64,000 bases of DNA. It comes from Callorhinchus milii (taxonomy: Eukaryota). The notes beneath the pieces are model-generated. The model was not told where the DNA came from and did no database searches. It was given only the letters and a program-made list of their open reading frames with translations. This document shows, in pieces, positions 12,801 to 27,800 of the stretch. The translations under genes and the position numbers were made by a program. Location of the stretch: positions 62,001-126,000 of the forward strand of contig NW_024704743.1 in assembly GCF_018977255.1 (NCBI RefSeq), given 5' to 3'. Position 1 is the first letter of the stretch, and every line of letters starts with the position of its first letter.

Positions 12801-15800
12801 AGGACCCGGGATAGATACCCGGGCAGGTAAGTTGTTTTTTTTAACTCCACACGCCTCTGTTTACCGGCAGTAAGTAGAAACCCGGTTAGTCGATCAGCGG
12901 ATTAGCATTTGATATTAAATTGATATTAAATTTAATTTAAATTTAACTTAAGTTTGATATTAAATATTAAATTGATTAGCGTTTGATACAGCGCCTCATC
13001 GCGTCTTCGAGACATCTCAAAGCGCTTCACAGAATATACTGTCAAGTGAACTGACTGTGCATTTTGTGGGTGAAACGCGGCAGCCGAATGCGCACAGCAG
13101 AGCCCCACAAACAGTCGTGGATTGAGTGACCCACGGAGCCACGGAACTCCACAGCAAAGCTACAGGACTCCACACTGACTTGCTCAGTGTGTGGCCTTAC
13201 GCAGCGACACTGACCTGCTCAGTATAAGCAGTGTCTGGGCGTGAGTGACGACTTCCTGTCGAGCCAGGGACAGGAGCCTCTTGTAAGTGCCGATTCCGGA
13301 GTAGGAGGCCTGGAAGGTCAGGGTGACCATGTGCAGAAGCTTCCCCAACGGGTGGTGGGCTGACTCGAGCGCCTGAAACAACAGGAGGAAACACCTCACG
13401 ATAGGAGCCTTGGTGTTGGGGCCAAAGCTTTCGGCCAGCAAGTGTGTGGGCCCCGACATCAGCAACAACAACTTGCGGAGGGTGATTGTTGAAGAGTCTG
13501 TGCTTTCAGCCACTACGCCCTTACACTCTGGAACACTCTCTCTTTATCCCTCCGCCTTGTCCCTTCCCTTCCCCATCTCCAGGTCGCGCCTGAAGACCTT
13601 CCTCTTCGCTCGTGCCTACGGTCACCTCCCCCATCCCACCGGCTCGGGGTCGTGCTCCACCACTGTCAAGCTGTCTGAGATGCCGCCCTCATGGGGGCTG
13701 CGGTGTAGAGGCAAGTTGTTGTTGTTGTCACTCGACACCTCTCATGTTGTACTCACCAGTCTCACCTGCTCCCTCAGACTCAGCTCTTCTCTCCTGGAAC
13801 TCCCTTCTGGGGACTTATTCTCACCTTCGGTCGGTTTCTGCCTGAAAAGATACAAAGGGCATCGCCCGAACAGACCTGGTTACAATAATAATAATAATCC
13901 TTGCACTTCATCACGTCGTTGAGACGTCTCAAAGGGCTTCACAGAGTGTAGTGTTAAGTGAATTTTGTGGGTGAAACATGGCAGCCAATTGCACACAGCG
14001 GTGTCCCACAAATAGCCGTGGATTGAAGTGACCAAATTATTAATTTTTACATTTTTTTGAAGGGATTATTACCCCCCGGAAAAGCGATCCACTGATCGAA
14101 TAACAACCGGGTTCCTACTTACTGCTGGGTAAACAGAGGCGTGGGGAGTAAGGAAACGTGCCTAATGTTTTGCTCTGCCCAGGAATCGAACCGGGGTCCT
14201 GTGCACAATCGGCTGCCGAGTTTCGCCCACAAAATATACACTCACTCCACTTTACAGTATATTCTGTGAAGCGCTTTGAGACGTCTCAATAACGTGATGA
14301 GGCGTTATATCAAATGCAAGGATTATTATTATTATTATGTCCTGTTTGGGTGGATGTTAAAGATCCCGTCTTTGAAAAAAATCTGGTCATTTACTTCATG
14401 GCTGTTGTGGGAGATTTCTGTGTGCAAATTGGCTGCCAAGTTTGCTTAGGAAAGACGGTCACTACAATTTACTGTAAATCCTGTGAAGTGATTTGAGACA
14501 ACCTCTCAAATTATTATTATTATTTTTAATAATTTTTTGCGGTTAGCCGAGTGTTGGACGTGTGTGGAAATCCATCCTCACTGCTTAAGAGTCTCCAAAC
14601 CAAACTGAGAGTTCCCTGCATCCCACCTACACATGAAAATCACAGCGACAGATTGTTGGAATGGAATGCGCTCTCTCTCCCTGGAGAGATGAATTCTGAT
14701 TACCTAATTTCGGAGAGTATTAGGCGCAGTATTAGTCAAGAACCAAGGCTTGAGGGACCTCAAGAGTATGTGTTGGGGTAACTGCTGGAGTCTAAGCAGC
14801 TAAAACCACATAGCTCGGTCATTGAGAGGGCTGTCTGGCCAAGCTTTCCCGCTGCTTGTCCAGCTAGGACCACCATACCCGTTAGGGCTTTGGCTGCAGG
14901 GTTAGCAGGAGCTGAGTGGGAGGATTCCCTGCCCCCAGTGAATGGTCTGCTCTTCCAGGTCCTGCCGATGAGCCAGGCTGGGCTGTGAGCATTGCCTAAT
15001 AATAATAATTAATAATAATTTTCAATCACAATCACACACCGGTCACAGTAGAGATATCCCTGGTCGCCGCTGGCTGCCGTTTCTGATTCTGTGTCCCATC
15101 CCACCTCCTCCCTGCTCTCTCGCTCCTTCAAATTTTTCCGCGGATCCCGGCTGTTCTCGGAGTGAAATCCCAGGAAGGATTCCGAGGATGTCTCCACACA
15201 GCCGGACTTCAGGAAGTCCTCAAACTGCTGGTAGATTCCCCGCCAGCGCTCCTCCGCGGCTATTATCTGGCTGCCCAGTTGTCTGGAAGAAAAGTTCATT
15301 AAAAAAAACCCCACGTGAAATCGCCGAGATATTGACAGAGCAGTTTGGAAATGCAATCAGTCAACCGGCATTCAGCTACACCAACCAAAGAACCTTTACA
15401 ACAACAATAACACCACATTGTATTTACACGCCGCCTTTCATGTCAGGAAGACGTCCCAAGGCGCTGGACAGTCAGGTATTTGGAGTTGGGGGCAGGTGGA
15501 GGGCGGGGAGGGTAGGGGCAGGAGGGTGACCGAAGGCGCGGTCGAAGAGGAGGGTCTTGAGCCGTGCCTTGGAGGAGGCGAGGGAGGGAGCGAGGCGAAG
15601 GGACTGATGGATGGGGTTCCAGAGGGTGGGAGCGGAGGGGAAGGTCCAACCACTGCATCCCACCTCCCCACTGATGGTGGGGAGGGCCGAGCGGGGGATG
15701 TGGAGCAGTCCAGAGTCCGCTGAGCGGAGGGAGGTGGACTGGTTGATATGGAAAGTACAGTCCCCGCCCCCCCCCCCCCCACACACAACAACTTTTATAT

Positions 15801-18800
15801 TTCTCCTTTTCAGATATTTCAGATGTGATGTCTAACTGAGCTCCTGTTCAGGTGGACGTTTAGATCCTGCGTTTCTATTCGAAAAGAGAAGAGTATTTCT
15901 CTCTCTTTCCCCCTCGCACCCCCCACCCGGTTTCCTGGCCGACAATCCCCAAAATAAAATTGGTCACTCACTCCATGGCTGTTTGTGGGACGCTGCTGTG
16001 TGCAAACTGCCTGCCGCTTGCACCCACAAAATATGGTCACTACACTTCACAGTTACTGAATATTCAGTAATCACAGTGAACTGTCCTGTAGCTCAGTGGT
16101 TAGAGCACTCGCCTCGCAAGCGAGAGACCTTGGGTTTGACCTCCGGGCAGGGCGAAATGTTGGGCAAGTTTCCTTACTCCACACACGTGCCTCTGTTTAC
16201 CGAGCTGTAAGTAGGAACCCGGTTGTTAGTCGATTTTCCGGGGGGGGGGTAATAATCCCTTCAAAAAAAAATGTAGTCACTCAATCCACGGCTGTTTATG
16301 GGACGCTGCTGTGCACAATTGGCTGCCGCGTTCGCCCACGAAATATACAGTCCATTCGCTTTACAGCGTACAGGTTTGCAATCACTGACTATCTTAGCAC
16401 TTTGGGACGTCCTCCTGACGTGAAAGGCGCTGTGCAAAAGTAATTTGCTGCTGTTATATCCTGTAAAGCGATTTGATGCGTCGAAGACAAATGCGGGGTG
16501 TATTACTCACAGTTTGCTGTTGACCCCGGGTGTGGTCTGCTCGTCAAGTTTGGAAAACACTCCGTTTGTCCGCAGCCCACTCCCCCACTTGTTACTGAAC
16601 AATCCCTCAATCACGTACCCATTGGGGAAGCTGAGCTTTCCCTGGAACACAACAAAAACAACAACAAATTACGTTACAGCGGTTACAGAATGAGCCGCTT
16701 GTTTTGACTGCCGTGCGCAATCGGCTGCCGCGTCCTGCTAACAAAATACACTGTCACTACACTTTGAAGCGCTTTGAGGCGTCTCGAAGGCGCGATGAGG
16801 CGCTAATATCAAATGCAAGGATTATTATTATTATTATGTGTGCTCTCGTTTCCAAGTCAGAAGGTCAGGGTTGTGCGTGTATAATGAGTTGACGGCTGTG
16901 GTCACGGGGTAGAAGCCTGACACATACCTTCCCAGTGAGCACCAGCTCCTCTGAGAACTCTCCCTCATAGACATGATCATCCTCAGACAGAATCTTTCCG
17001 GAGCCCTGCAGGTGACACACGAACAAAACCACTTACGAGGCACTAATAATTCTTGCATTGGCTGCCACATCTATTAGCCTCACAAGGTTTCTGTTCGGAC
17101 AAAAATGTTCCTACAAGTACAACCGATTCGACTGAGAGGGTTTGGCAAAGGGAGAGGCAGAGCTACAACTACACGTGGGATAGTGTCCCGGAGCATTTGG
17201 CAGTGGGAGAGGGAGGGGGGGAGTTGACCGTAAGCATGATCAAAAAGGAAGGTCTTTTGGTGGGATTTGAAGGCGGGGAGGGAGAGGGCCAGGCGGAGGG
17301 ATTGGGGGAGAGAGAGTTCCAGAGTTTCGGGGCGTAGTGACTGAAGGCACGGCCACCAACGGTGGAGCAGAGGGGACGAGGAACAAATAGGAGGCCGGAG
17401 CCAGCCGAGCGGAGGCAGCGGGTGGTGGAGTGGGAGGTAAACAAGTCGGAGAGGTAGAGAGGTGCCAGGGTATGGAGGGGTTTGAAAACGAGTGAGAGGA
17501 TACAGTGTGTCCCATCGCAGACTGACCGACCGGCTCCTACTCACCACCATCTTGTTGTAGTGGAATTTTCCTTCGTAGCAGAGTCCTGACTGTGTGATGA
17601 CAATGCCAGGTCCGTGTTTGTAGTTCTCTGTCCACGTGCCGATGTATCTCTCTCCTCTGTGTATAATGACCAGAGAGATTTAGAACAATCCTGACATTTG
17701 ATGTACAGGGTGACCAAAAACTCGTGATACCATTACAATGTCTAATACGTCTTAAAGAAAAGGGATTTTTTTTAGATAATAAGAGTTATTATAATAATAA
17801 TAATCCTTGCATTTGATATAGCGCTTTTCACGTCAGGAGGACGTCCCAAAGCGCTTCACAGAACACACTGGAAAGTGAATTGACTGTATATTTTGCAAGG
17901 GAAACGCGGCAGCCGACTGCGCACAGCAGCGCCCCCCCAAACAGGTCGTGGTTTGAGTGACCAATTCTATTTGGAGGGATTAATACTCCCGGAAAGCGAT
18001 CCGCCAATCGATTAGCAACCGGGTTCCTACTTACTTACTGTCAGTGAGTGCACTGCTACCTAGTGGCCGCTTAGTATTACTAATAATAGTAATAATCTTT
18101 GCATTTGCTGCAGCCTTATCACGTCTTCGAGACGTCTCAATGCGCTTCACAGGATACACTGTAAAGTGAATTGACTGTGAGTTTCGTGGGCGGAAGGTGG
18201 TAAACAATTCAGACTGTCGAAAGCTGGGACATACCACTAACTGTCAACTGGCACTTAAAAAGTTGCGAACTGAACCCCCAAAGGCCCTAAATTCCGCCCA
18301 GTCTCAGCCCTGTGAGACCATTTGTCCTGGAATTTAAGACTGCATCGAAATTTAGATAAAAATTCCGATTTTTTTATTTTGATGAGCCTGACACATGCGG
18401 AAACCCATCACTGTGTTTCAGAGTATCCAAACCAGACTGTGAGTCCTACATCTGTGTAAATGTGAGCTTTCAGCTATTTTGCCTGCGCTCTCTTTAAAGA
18501 CCATCCTGGAGCCCTGCCCCTCACCCTCCTCAGCTCCACCACCAAATCGGGCTCTCAGATGGCTCTGTGAAACCTCCTCCCGACATGAAAGGCGCTGTAT
18601 AGTTTGGGTAGATTGTTTCTGTGGGCTGTCTGGCAAGCTTTCCCGCTGCTTGTCCAGCTAGGACCACCCTAGCCATTAGGGCTTTGGCTGTAGGGTTATC
18701 AGGAGCTGAGTGGGAGGATTCCCTGCCCCCAGTGACTGGTCAGCCCTTCCAGGTCCTGCCGATGGGCCAGGCCGGGCTGTGCTGTCATCAGCAGTGCCCT

Positions 18801-21800
18801 GGGATACAGTGCACCTGCCTGGCTCAGGAACCTATACTAGAGATCGTCAAGGAAGGCTGGCTCGATTCCGACAATCCGTTGTCAAGCATGTCACCTTGAA
18901 GCCAGTTCAGCTCCTGCTTCCCCCACCTCCCGAGGATAGGGTCGGTGACTGACACCAAAGTTGCACCTTGTAGTTCGACGCACAGCAAAGCATATCCGCT
19001 CACACGGGCTGCTCTTACCTGTCCAGATCATCGAACACTCCATATCCAGCCTTTTTATCATCTTCCCAGTGTCCTGTATATTTAAAGGCTGGCTTCTCCG
19101 AGGTGGAGCTGCACAGGATCCCAAACCCGTGTCGGCGGTTGTCTCGAAAATATCCCTTGTAGGTGGTGCTGTTCCCATACCTGGCAAGATCACAAGATTG
19201 GTTGGGGAATGAATGAAGCGCTTTGATACGTCTTGAAGACATGATAAGAAACTATATCAAATGGATTATTATTATTATTATTATTAAGATGACCCTTCGG
19301 CCTATTTTGATCCCATCCGAGCAGAATCCCCGCTCAACCGCCCTCCCGTTAAAGCATCAAACTATTTCTTATAATAACAATATAATAATAATAATCCTCG
19401 CATCTGATAGAGTGCCTTATCATGTGTCGTCGAGACGTCTCAAAGCGCTTTGCAGTAAAGTGGGTTGACTGTGTTTTTTTGTGGCGGCAGCCAATTCCGT
19501 GCAGCAGTGTCCTACAAACAGTCGTGGTTTGAGTGACCACATGGTGTGTGGAGGAAGGAAACTTGCCTAAGATATTTCCCTGCTCCGGGAATTGAACCAG
19601 GGTCCTCTCCCCTGTGAGGCGAGCGCTCTAACTACTACATTAAGGGACCCCTGACCCAGAGCAGAGAGTGCAAGCTTCCAAAGCGAGACATTGACAAAAT
19701 CCTGCGCTGTCGGGAATCGATACTTACTCACAGATCCCGTAACCATGCATCACTCCTTCCTCCCAATGGCACTTGTAACAGTCAAAGGTCTCCTCGGGGC
19801 CCGGACACACATACACACCGAACCTGGAACAACACACGACTTGTACAGTAAAACTCACATAGAAACAGGAGGAGGCCATTCCCCCCCTCGAGCCTGTTTT
19901 GCCATTCTATAAGATCACGGTTGATCTGTATATCAACTCCATTTACCCACCTTTGCCCCGTATCCGTTGATCCCCCGACCTAACAAACATCTAATCCACC
20001 TCAGTCTTGACAATGTGAATGGATACAGCATCCTCAGCCTTTTGGGGGAGAGAGCTCCATATTTCCACTGGCCTTTGGGTGAAAAACTGCCCCTGATTTC
20101 ACTGCTAAATGGCCCGGCTTTCATTTTAAGATGACGCCCCTTGTTCTGGATTCCCCTCCAGAGCAAATAGTTTCTCTGTAGCTGCTCTTTATTATTTTAA
20201 ACTCAGTTATAATAAGCGGTCCCACAAGTGGATTGAGTGAGTTATAATTTGTTTTGAAGGAATTATTGCCCCTGGAAAAGCGATCCGCTAATTGGCTAAA
20301 AAAACATGTTCCTACTCGCTGCTGGGTAACAGAGGCATGTGGAATAAGGAAACTTGCCAAAGGTTTGGCCTGCCCAGTATTCAAACTCTCGCGAGGCGAG
20401 GGCTCTAACCACTACGCTACATGACTCCAATCCACCCCTCAATCATCTAAACTCAAGGGAATACAAGCCAAGTTGACAATTTTCTCCCTATTGACACGAT
20501 CAAAACCTCTCATCATTTTAAAGCCCTCGATCAGGTCACCCGTCAACCTGCTCTGCAGGCTGGGGACAGAGGAGCGGAGGAAGCAGATCGGGACTTTAGA
20601 CAGCCTCACGCTCGCCTCGAGTTGCTCTTACCCATTTTCCTGGCCTTCTTTAAACTGCCCAGTGTAGTTCCTCCCGTCAGGCCATTTCATGGTCCCTCTG
20701 AAACACAGACACCGGTCACTGATGCACACCCTGCCCTTGGCCGCTGAGCTCAAAACTGGAATAGGCTCAGCTTGACCAACCGACCCCATTGGCGTAACAT
20801 TTAAGGCGGAGCAGAACAGTGGAAGATTCTTCAATCCGGTCTTAGTTTGGAATCTGGTGTCACGCACACATTCTTTCAGTCACACCCACACAACACTCGT
20901 GGCAACTTGTATTTATATAGCGCCCTTCACACAGGGTAGTGTCCTGGAGCGCTTGATTTGAAGGTGGGGCAAGGCGGAGGGATTGAGGGAGAGAGTTCCA
21001 GAGTTTGGGGGCTGAAGGCATCACCCAATCTGTCTCTCTCTCTCTCTCTCTTTCTCTCTCACACACACGCGCACTATCAGACACCCAATCTCTCACATAC
21101 ACTCAACCTCTCTCACACACTTTCATTCGTACACGCGCAGACACCTACACCTGCATGAGCACACACGCAGACACACACTCAGTGACTCACACACACTGTC
21201 ACACCATCACGCGTTGCCTCATACTCTGAAGCACATATCGTCACACACTATCACTCACACAAACACGTTCATTGTCTCACACATACACTCACTGATGCGC
21301 ACACTCACTGTCACACACACACACTCACTGTCACACACACTCACTCACTGTCACACACACTCACTGTCACACACACACTGTCACGCACACATTCACTGTC
21401 ACACACACACTCACTGTCACTCACTGTCACACACACTCACTGTCATACACACTCACTGTGACACACACACTCACTGTCACACACACACACTCACTGTCAC
21501 ACACACAGTCACGCACACAGTCACGCACACACTCAGTCACACACATACTCACTGTCACACACTCGCTCACTGTCACACTAACCTTCCGTGGGGTTTTCCC
21601 CAGCTCCAGTCTCCCTCGTACAGGGCGCCTTTGAAGCGGGAGTCAGCCACGAAGGTGTGGACAGCGAATCGGCTGGTCTGAGGGGTACCTGACACCTGCC
21701 CCTCTCCCCCGCCCCACAGGGGGAAGTTCAGCTGTCCCTGTACGTGCTGCAGTACCGCCTGGTTCAGCTTCCACAGCCACAGAGTCTGGGGGCAGGACAC

Positions 21801-24800
21801 AGAGACCTGTCAACGCACACTCACCTCACACGGCACACAGTCGCTCAGCGCGGCTCAGTGGTAGCACTCTCTCTCGCCCCCACTTCGGGACATAGTCTAA
21901 GCTGACCCTCCAATGCAGCGCTGTGGGTGGGGGGGTGGTGGTTGCATTGTCGGAGGTGCCGTCCTTTGGATGAGACATTAAACCAAGGACCTGTCTACCT
22001 GTTCAGGCGGACGTTAGAGATTCCGCTTCGCTCTTGGAAAATTGTCTCCCGGTGTCGTGGCCAACAATCCCCCAGATACGACCGGTCACTCACTCCACGT
22101 GGGACATTGCTGTGCGCAATTGTGCTGCTGCTGCATTTGCCTACGAAGATACAGTCGCTAAATCTATCTCATTCGTTCACCTTGTGTTTGAGGTCCTGAG
22201 CATTGAGTACAAAGTCTTCCTCCGGGACAATAATCTTCAATTGATGCCTGGAAGTAATTAAAAATAAATATGAATAATTTGGTCAACTCACTCCGCCACT
22301 GTTTGCGGGGACGCTGCTGTGCGGAATTGGCTGCTGCGTTTCGCCCACAAAACATACAGTCAATCCACTATATCTTGTGAAGCGCTTTGAGATGCCTCAA
22401 TGGCGTGATAAGGCGCTATATCAAAAGCAAGGATTGTTATTATTTATTATCGTTTAGATGCCACATTATAACAGGCCCACACAAAATGGCTGCTGGTCCG
22501 ATTTCCTGGTCATCAGATCACCGCCGATGTCACTTCCAGTTTCCGAGGGAGCACCGTTAACTTGTGCTTTACCGAGGCCCGTTTTAATGGGATCGTCGTT
22601 CTAGGTATGGTTGTGCGCAAAATGGCTTCCATATTTGCCTACAAACACAGTCACTACAACTTGACTGTCTGTGAATTATCTGTGAAGTGTTTTGAACGCA
22701 GCCAAACTCACTTTTCCGAGTTCGTCCCTGGTAGAGATTCCACCCACACAGTATCCAGTTTATAACTGTTAGCATCAGAGCCCTACAGAGAGACAGAGAG
22801 AAATCAAAGTCTATTACCATAATAATCCTTGTACTTCATACAGCGATTTATCGCGTCTTCGTGACGTCTTCACAGAACATAGCCTCAAGTGAATTGACTG
22901 TGTATTTTGTGGGCGAGACGTGGCAGCCAATTGCTCACAGCAGCATCCCACTAGCAGTCGTAGATTGAGTGACCAAATTATTATTATTGTTATTATTTAT
23001 TGATTTATTTGAAGGGATTATTACCTCCCCCACCCCGGAAAAGCGATCCGCCAATCGATTACCAACCGGGTTCCTACTTACTGCTGGGTAAACAGAGGAG
23101 TGTAGAGTAGGGAAACTCGCCCAACGTTTCGCCCCCTGCCTGGGAAGCAAACCCGGGTCTCTCCCTTGCGAGGGCTCTAACCACTGCGCTGCAGGACTCT
23201 GGAACTTCTAAGAGGATAGGAAAGGTGGGTGGCGGCAGTGGGGGAGGGGTGATCACTACAGACTTGCCCAGGGTGGCCGATTGCCTTGAACGGCTTCTGC
23301 AGAGGCTTGTTATGGGAAATGACTATATTCCCCCAACAGGTGGTGCTCCAGGCCAACACTGACACACCCAAGGCTCCAGTTGCCAGACAGCGCTCTCGAT
23401 GGCCGAGCTGTGTGTGGGTTTAGCTGGTTAGACTCCAGCAGTTACCCCTACACTCTGGGCTTCCTCTCCCCCACCCCCACCAAGCCTTGGCTCTCACCAA
23501 CCTGCGCCTAATACTCTCCAGAATTAGGTAAGCAGTGGGGGCGTCCCTCCAGAGGGAGAGAGAGAGAGAGAGAGAGCATTCCATTCCAACAATCTATCTC
23601 TGGGATTTTCTCTGGATGGATGCAGGGAATTCTCAGCTTGGTTTGGAGACTCTAAAGCACGGTGGTGATGGGTATCCAAGTGTGTCAGACGCTCGGCTGA
23701 GCAAAAAGACAAAGATAGCCTTAATCTGGCAAGTCTTTTTTTGTTGCTGTTCTTAAAACAGAAACTGGCCTCATTCTGTTCGCTTTAAAATTGAGACGTC
23801 GCAATGATGTGATAAGACGCCGTATTAAATGCAAGGATTATTATTAATGTTATTGACGATTCATCTGAAGGACAACACCTCTGACAATGCAGCCTCCCCC
23901 AATACCAATACCCCAATACCACGCCTAGACTGTGACCGCAAAGTCCCTGATGGGAAATCAAACCCACAAACTTCTGACACAGAGGAGAGAGAGAGAGAGT
24001 GTGAGCAGCTGAGCAGAGAGACACCTGCTCTGTGTGGGGCACATTGCTGTGCGCAAATCGCCAGCCACGTTTGCGCTCTGGGACACTGCTTTGCGTGAGG
24101 GGCGCTATATAAATGCAAGTTGTCGTTGTCTACAGATACAATACACTTGCCAGAAATTCCCTGTGAAGCGCTTTGAGACATTCTGTCGTGATAGGAGCAG
24201 TGGAAGTTATTAATAATAATCCTTGCATTTAAAGTAGCACCTCATCACGTCATTGAGACGTCTCAAAGCGCTTCACAGAATATACTGTAAAGTGAATTGC
24301 AAAACGTAGCAGCCAACTGCGCACAGCAGCGTCCCACAGACAGTTAAGTGACCAAAATAGGGATCGTTACCCTCGGAAAGTGATCCGGCAATTGGCTAGC
24401 AACCGGGTTACCTACTTAATTTAGGTATTTCTAAGGTGCATGTGTAATGCACTGGAAGGCTATGTAGTAAGAACCAGTAAAAATCATAATCCTTACATTT
24501 GATATACCGTCTTATCATATCATTGAGACCTCTCAAATATCTATCTTGTAAGGTAGAAAAACCCGAATTTCTAGTGACATGAAATTCTTTTATCTCAGTG
24601 ATATAACCTTCCAAGGGAGTGCCTGTTGAATGGGGTGAAATTCTGCTCTGCGCTCTCATTAAATCACTTACTTTAGCGTCAGTCTGGCTGACAAATTAAT
24701 CGCTCGTTCACCTCACGGTGGTTTGCGAGACCATCCTGTGCACAATATCACTGCCAAGTTCTAACCATCGTGCTTGATCCAGAGCCTGTAACACGAAACG

Positions 24801-27800
24801 AGGCAGCCAATTGCGCACAGAAGGTGTCCCATAACCAGTCGTGGATTGAGTGACTACATAATTATTTTCTTTGAAATTTACTTTTGTTTTCAAGGGGGTT
24901 ATTAACCCCGGAAAGCGCTCCGGGAGTAACAATCCCCAGATTATTTATTACTGATTCTGTCTGATGGGAGATACAAGCACACAGGGCCGAGAGCTAACTG
25001 CTAATTTAACACTGACCTGCTCAGCGTGCGGAGTTACAGAGTGACACTCAATGGCCTCCTTTCCCCCCACCCGCCCCAGCCGAGACCCTGTAAAATCATT
25101 TACCTGAATCACGCCCAGGCAGTCGTCGAAGAGGAGGAGGCGGTCGTCGTGACGACCGTTGACGAAGGTGAGCGGGACGTTCCTGCTGTCCTCACGCAGC
25201 CTGCGCCCGGGGACACGGAACTGCTCCTGACAACAAGGAAACCAGGCGTGTGTTAGCGCAACCAGGAGACGAGGAAATACGTTTTTATTTGTTTCTAAAA
25301 CAGTCAGATATCTGACCCGTGTGGAGTCCTGTAGCTCAGTGGTTAGAGCGCCTCGCCTGGCAAAACAAGAGGACCCGGGTTCGATTCCCAGCCAGGCAAA
25401 ACCTTAGGCACGTTTCCTTACTCCACAAGTCTCTGTTCAGCAGTAAGTAGGAACTCGGTTGTCAGTCGATTGGTGGATCGCTTTCCGGGGGTAACAAAAC
25501 CTAAAAAAAATGTGTGTTTTGTGGGCGAAACTCGACAGCCAATTGAGCACAGCAGTGTCCCACAAACAGTCGTGAATTGAGCAACCAATTTTTTTTTGGG
25601 TGGGGGGGGGTGGAGGGGAAGGATTATTACATTCAGAAAGCAATCCGCCAAGGTTCCTAGGTTACTGCTAGGTAAACAGGGGCATGTGGATTAAGGAAAC
25701 TTGCCTAAGGTTTCACCCCACCTGGGAATCGAACCCGGGTATCACACTTGAAAGTGAGCGCGCTAACCACAATAACCTACAGGACTCCACAAAGGGGCCC
25801 AGAGAGTATAAAAAGGGGCTCAGAGAGGCACAGACCACAAAAGGACAAACAGCATCTCACTGGATTGAGTATAAATAGCAGTACGTTGGGATGTTGAAAT
25901 ACTGATTAGGTTTGACTCAGAAATGATTGAGAAACAGAAACTAGGCTATTCCACTCATTATGTTGTGGAGCGCAAATTAGCTGCCGTGTTAAAAAAGCAT
26001 AATAATAATCCATATATCCGGTACGGCAGCCTTTACTTCAGGAGGATGTTTCAAAGCACTTCCCACTTTGTGTATTTTGTAATGTAACGCAATAGCCGGT
26101 TGCACACAGCAGTGTCCCACAGACAGCCATCAAGTGAGTGACCAATTTTATTTGGGGAATTGTTAGCTAGGTCACCGGGGGGAGAGAGAGAGAGAGCGAG
26201 TGAGAGAGAGAGAAAAACTCCCTTCTCTTTTCCAATGGTGATATGGGATCTTTAACGTTCACCTGAACAGGGCTCAGACGTCTCATCTGAAACAAAAGCC
26301 CTCCCCCCCACCACCCCTCAGTGATGCAGTGAGCGTCAAAATCCATGATGTGGGGCTCAATCCCACAAACGTCTAATTTAGAGGCAAGAGTGTGAGAGAC
26401 TGAGTCACACTCTGCAGTCATTGTCCTTCGAATGGCTGAGTTAGGTAAAGCACATTCCCACCCCCCCACCCCCAGTGCCACCCTTCCCCCCTTTGAGTAA
26501 TCAGTATTTCTTGGAAGGACGTTCTAATACAGAAAAAAAAATCTAAATCTGGATTTATAATGAGCTATAAATGTATTAACTCTTTACTCCCTTCCACGAG
26601 GAAGATGGGCAAAATTCACATTTACACAATGCCTTTCAAAGCCTTGGCTCTTACCACCCTAAGCCTAATACTCTTCGGAATTAGGTCAGGAGGGTGTGTC
26701 CCTCAGACTCTTAAGCACATTGATGGGGTTCTGCACCTGGCTGCCCGAACAAACATCTTGAAGCGCGAGGGTGTTGATTGAAGACACAGTCAAAGAAAAG
26801 GGTTAATAATAATCATAATCCTTGCATTTAATCAAGCGCCTTATCACGTTTTTGAGACGTCTACAATATATTGTGAAGTGGATTGACTGTATATTTTGTG
26901 GGCAAAACGATGCAGTTAATTGCACACAGCAGCGTCCCACAAACAGTCATGGATTAGTTGTCTCCTTACTCCACACACCTCTGTTTACCTAGCAGTAAGC
27001 AACCTGGTTGTTAATCAATTGGTGTATCGCTTTTCCGGTGTTAGAAATCCCTCCAAATAGAAATATAATAATGTGGTCACTCAGTCCACGACTGTTTGTG
27101 GGGACACTGCTGTGCGCAATTGACTGCCACCTTTCGCCTACAAAATATACGGTCGATTCACTTTACAATATATTACTTTAATCGCTTTGAGACGTCTCAA
27201 CGACGTGATACCTCGCTTATCAAATGCAAGTATTATTATTATTTAATGTGTAGCTTGAATAGGAACAATTTGTGTCTACTCAAGCTGCATACTGAAGATC
27301 CCGCGATTTAACCTGCTCAAGGAAATAAGTGGGAGATTCCTGAGAGGAGGCGAGGAGAGGGGTTACATGATGTCCAAAGGCGATGATGGGTTTGGCAATG
27401 AGGGGGTGCTTTTCGAGTCGGTGTCCATTTTTTTTGCCTCTGGGAGATGGTGACCCCAAGAGCAGGTGGAAGAGCAAGTTGGGTGGGGGCGGTAAGAGGA
27501 AATGCTCTTTTAAGACAGAGAGCATCCAGCAGACAGGAAGCGAATAGCTGACCTAAGCACAAAGAGAGCTTCTTGCGACAGTCAATGACACGTTGGGCAA
27601 AGAATTGAGCCTACAGTGAGTCAGACTGCATTTCCCTCTCTCATTTTTTTACTCTCCCAAAATAAACCTAATTTCTCTTGTCCCAATCTCGGTTGCTTTC
27701 TTAATTCTGTCCAGGGGAGTTACCCCATGTGTGTGTGTGAAGAACAATAATTATCATAATTATTCTTGCATTTGATATAGCGCCTTAGCCTGTCTTCGAG

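Noticed and set aside
24712..24785. Possible mutually exclusive ALS2CL exon (74 nt, same phases as exon 22782-22712)
   Set aside because: The peptide [24 protein letters not shown] does not resemble the PH-region segment, and the acceptor lies in SINE sequence. Probably chance.
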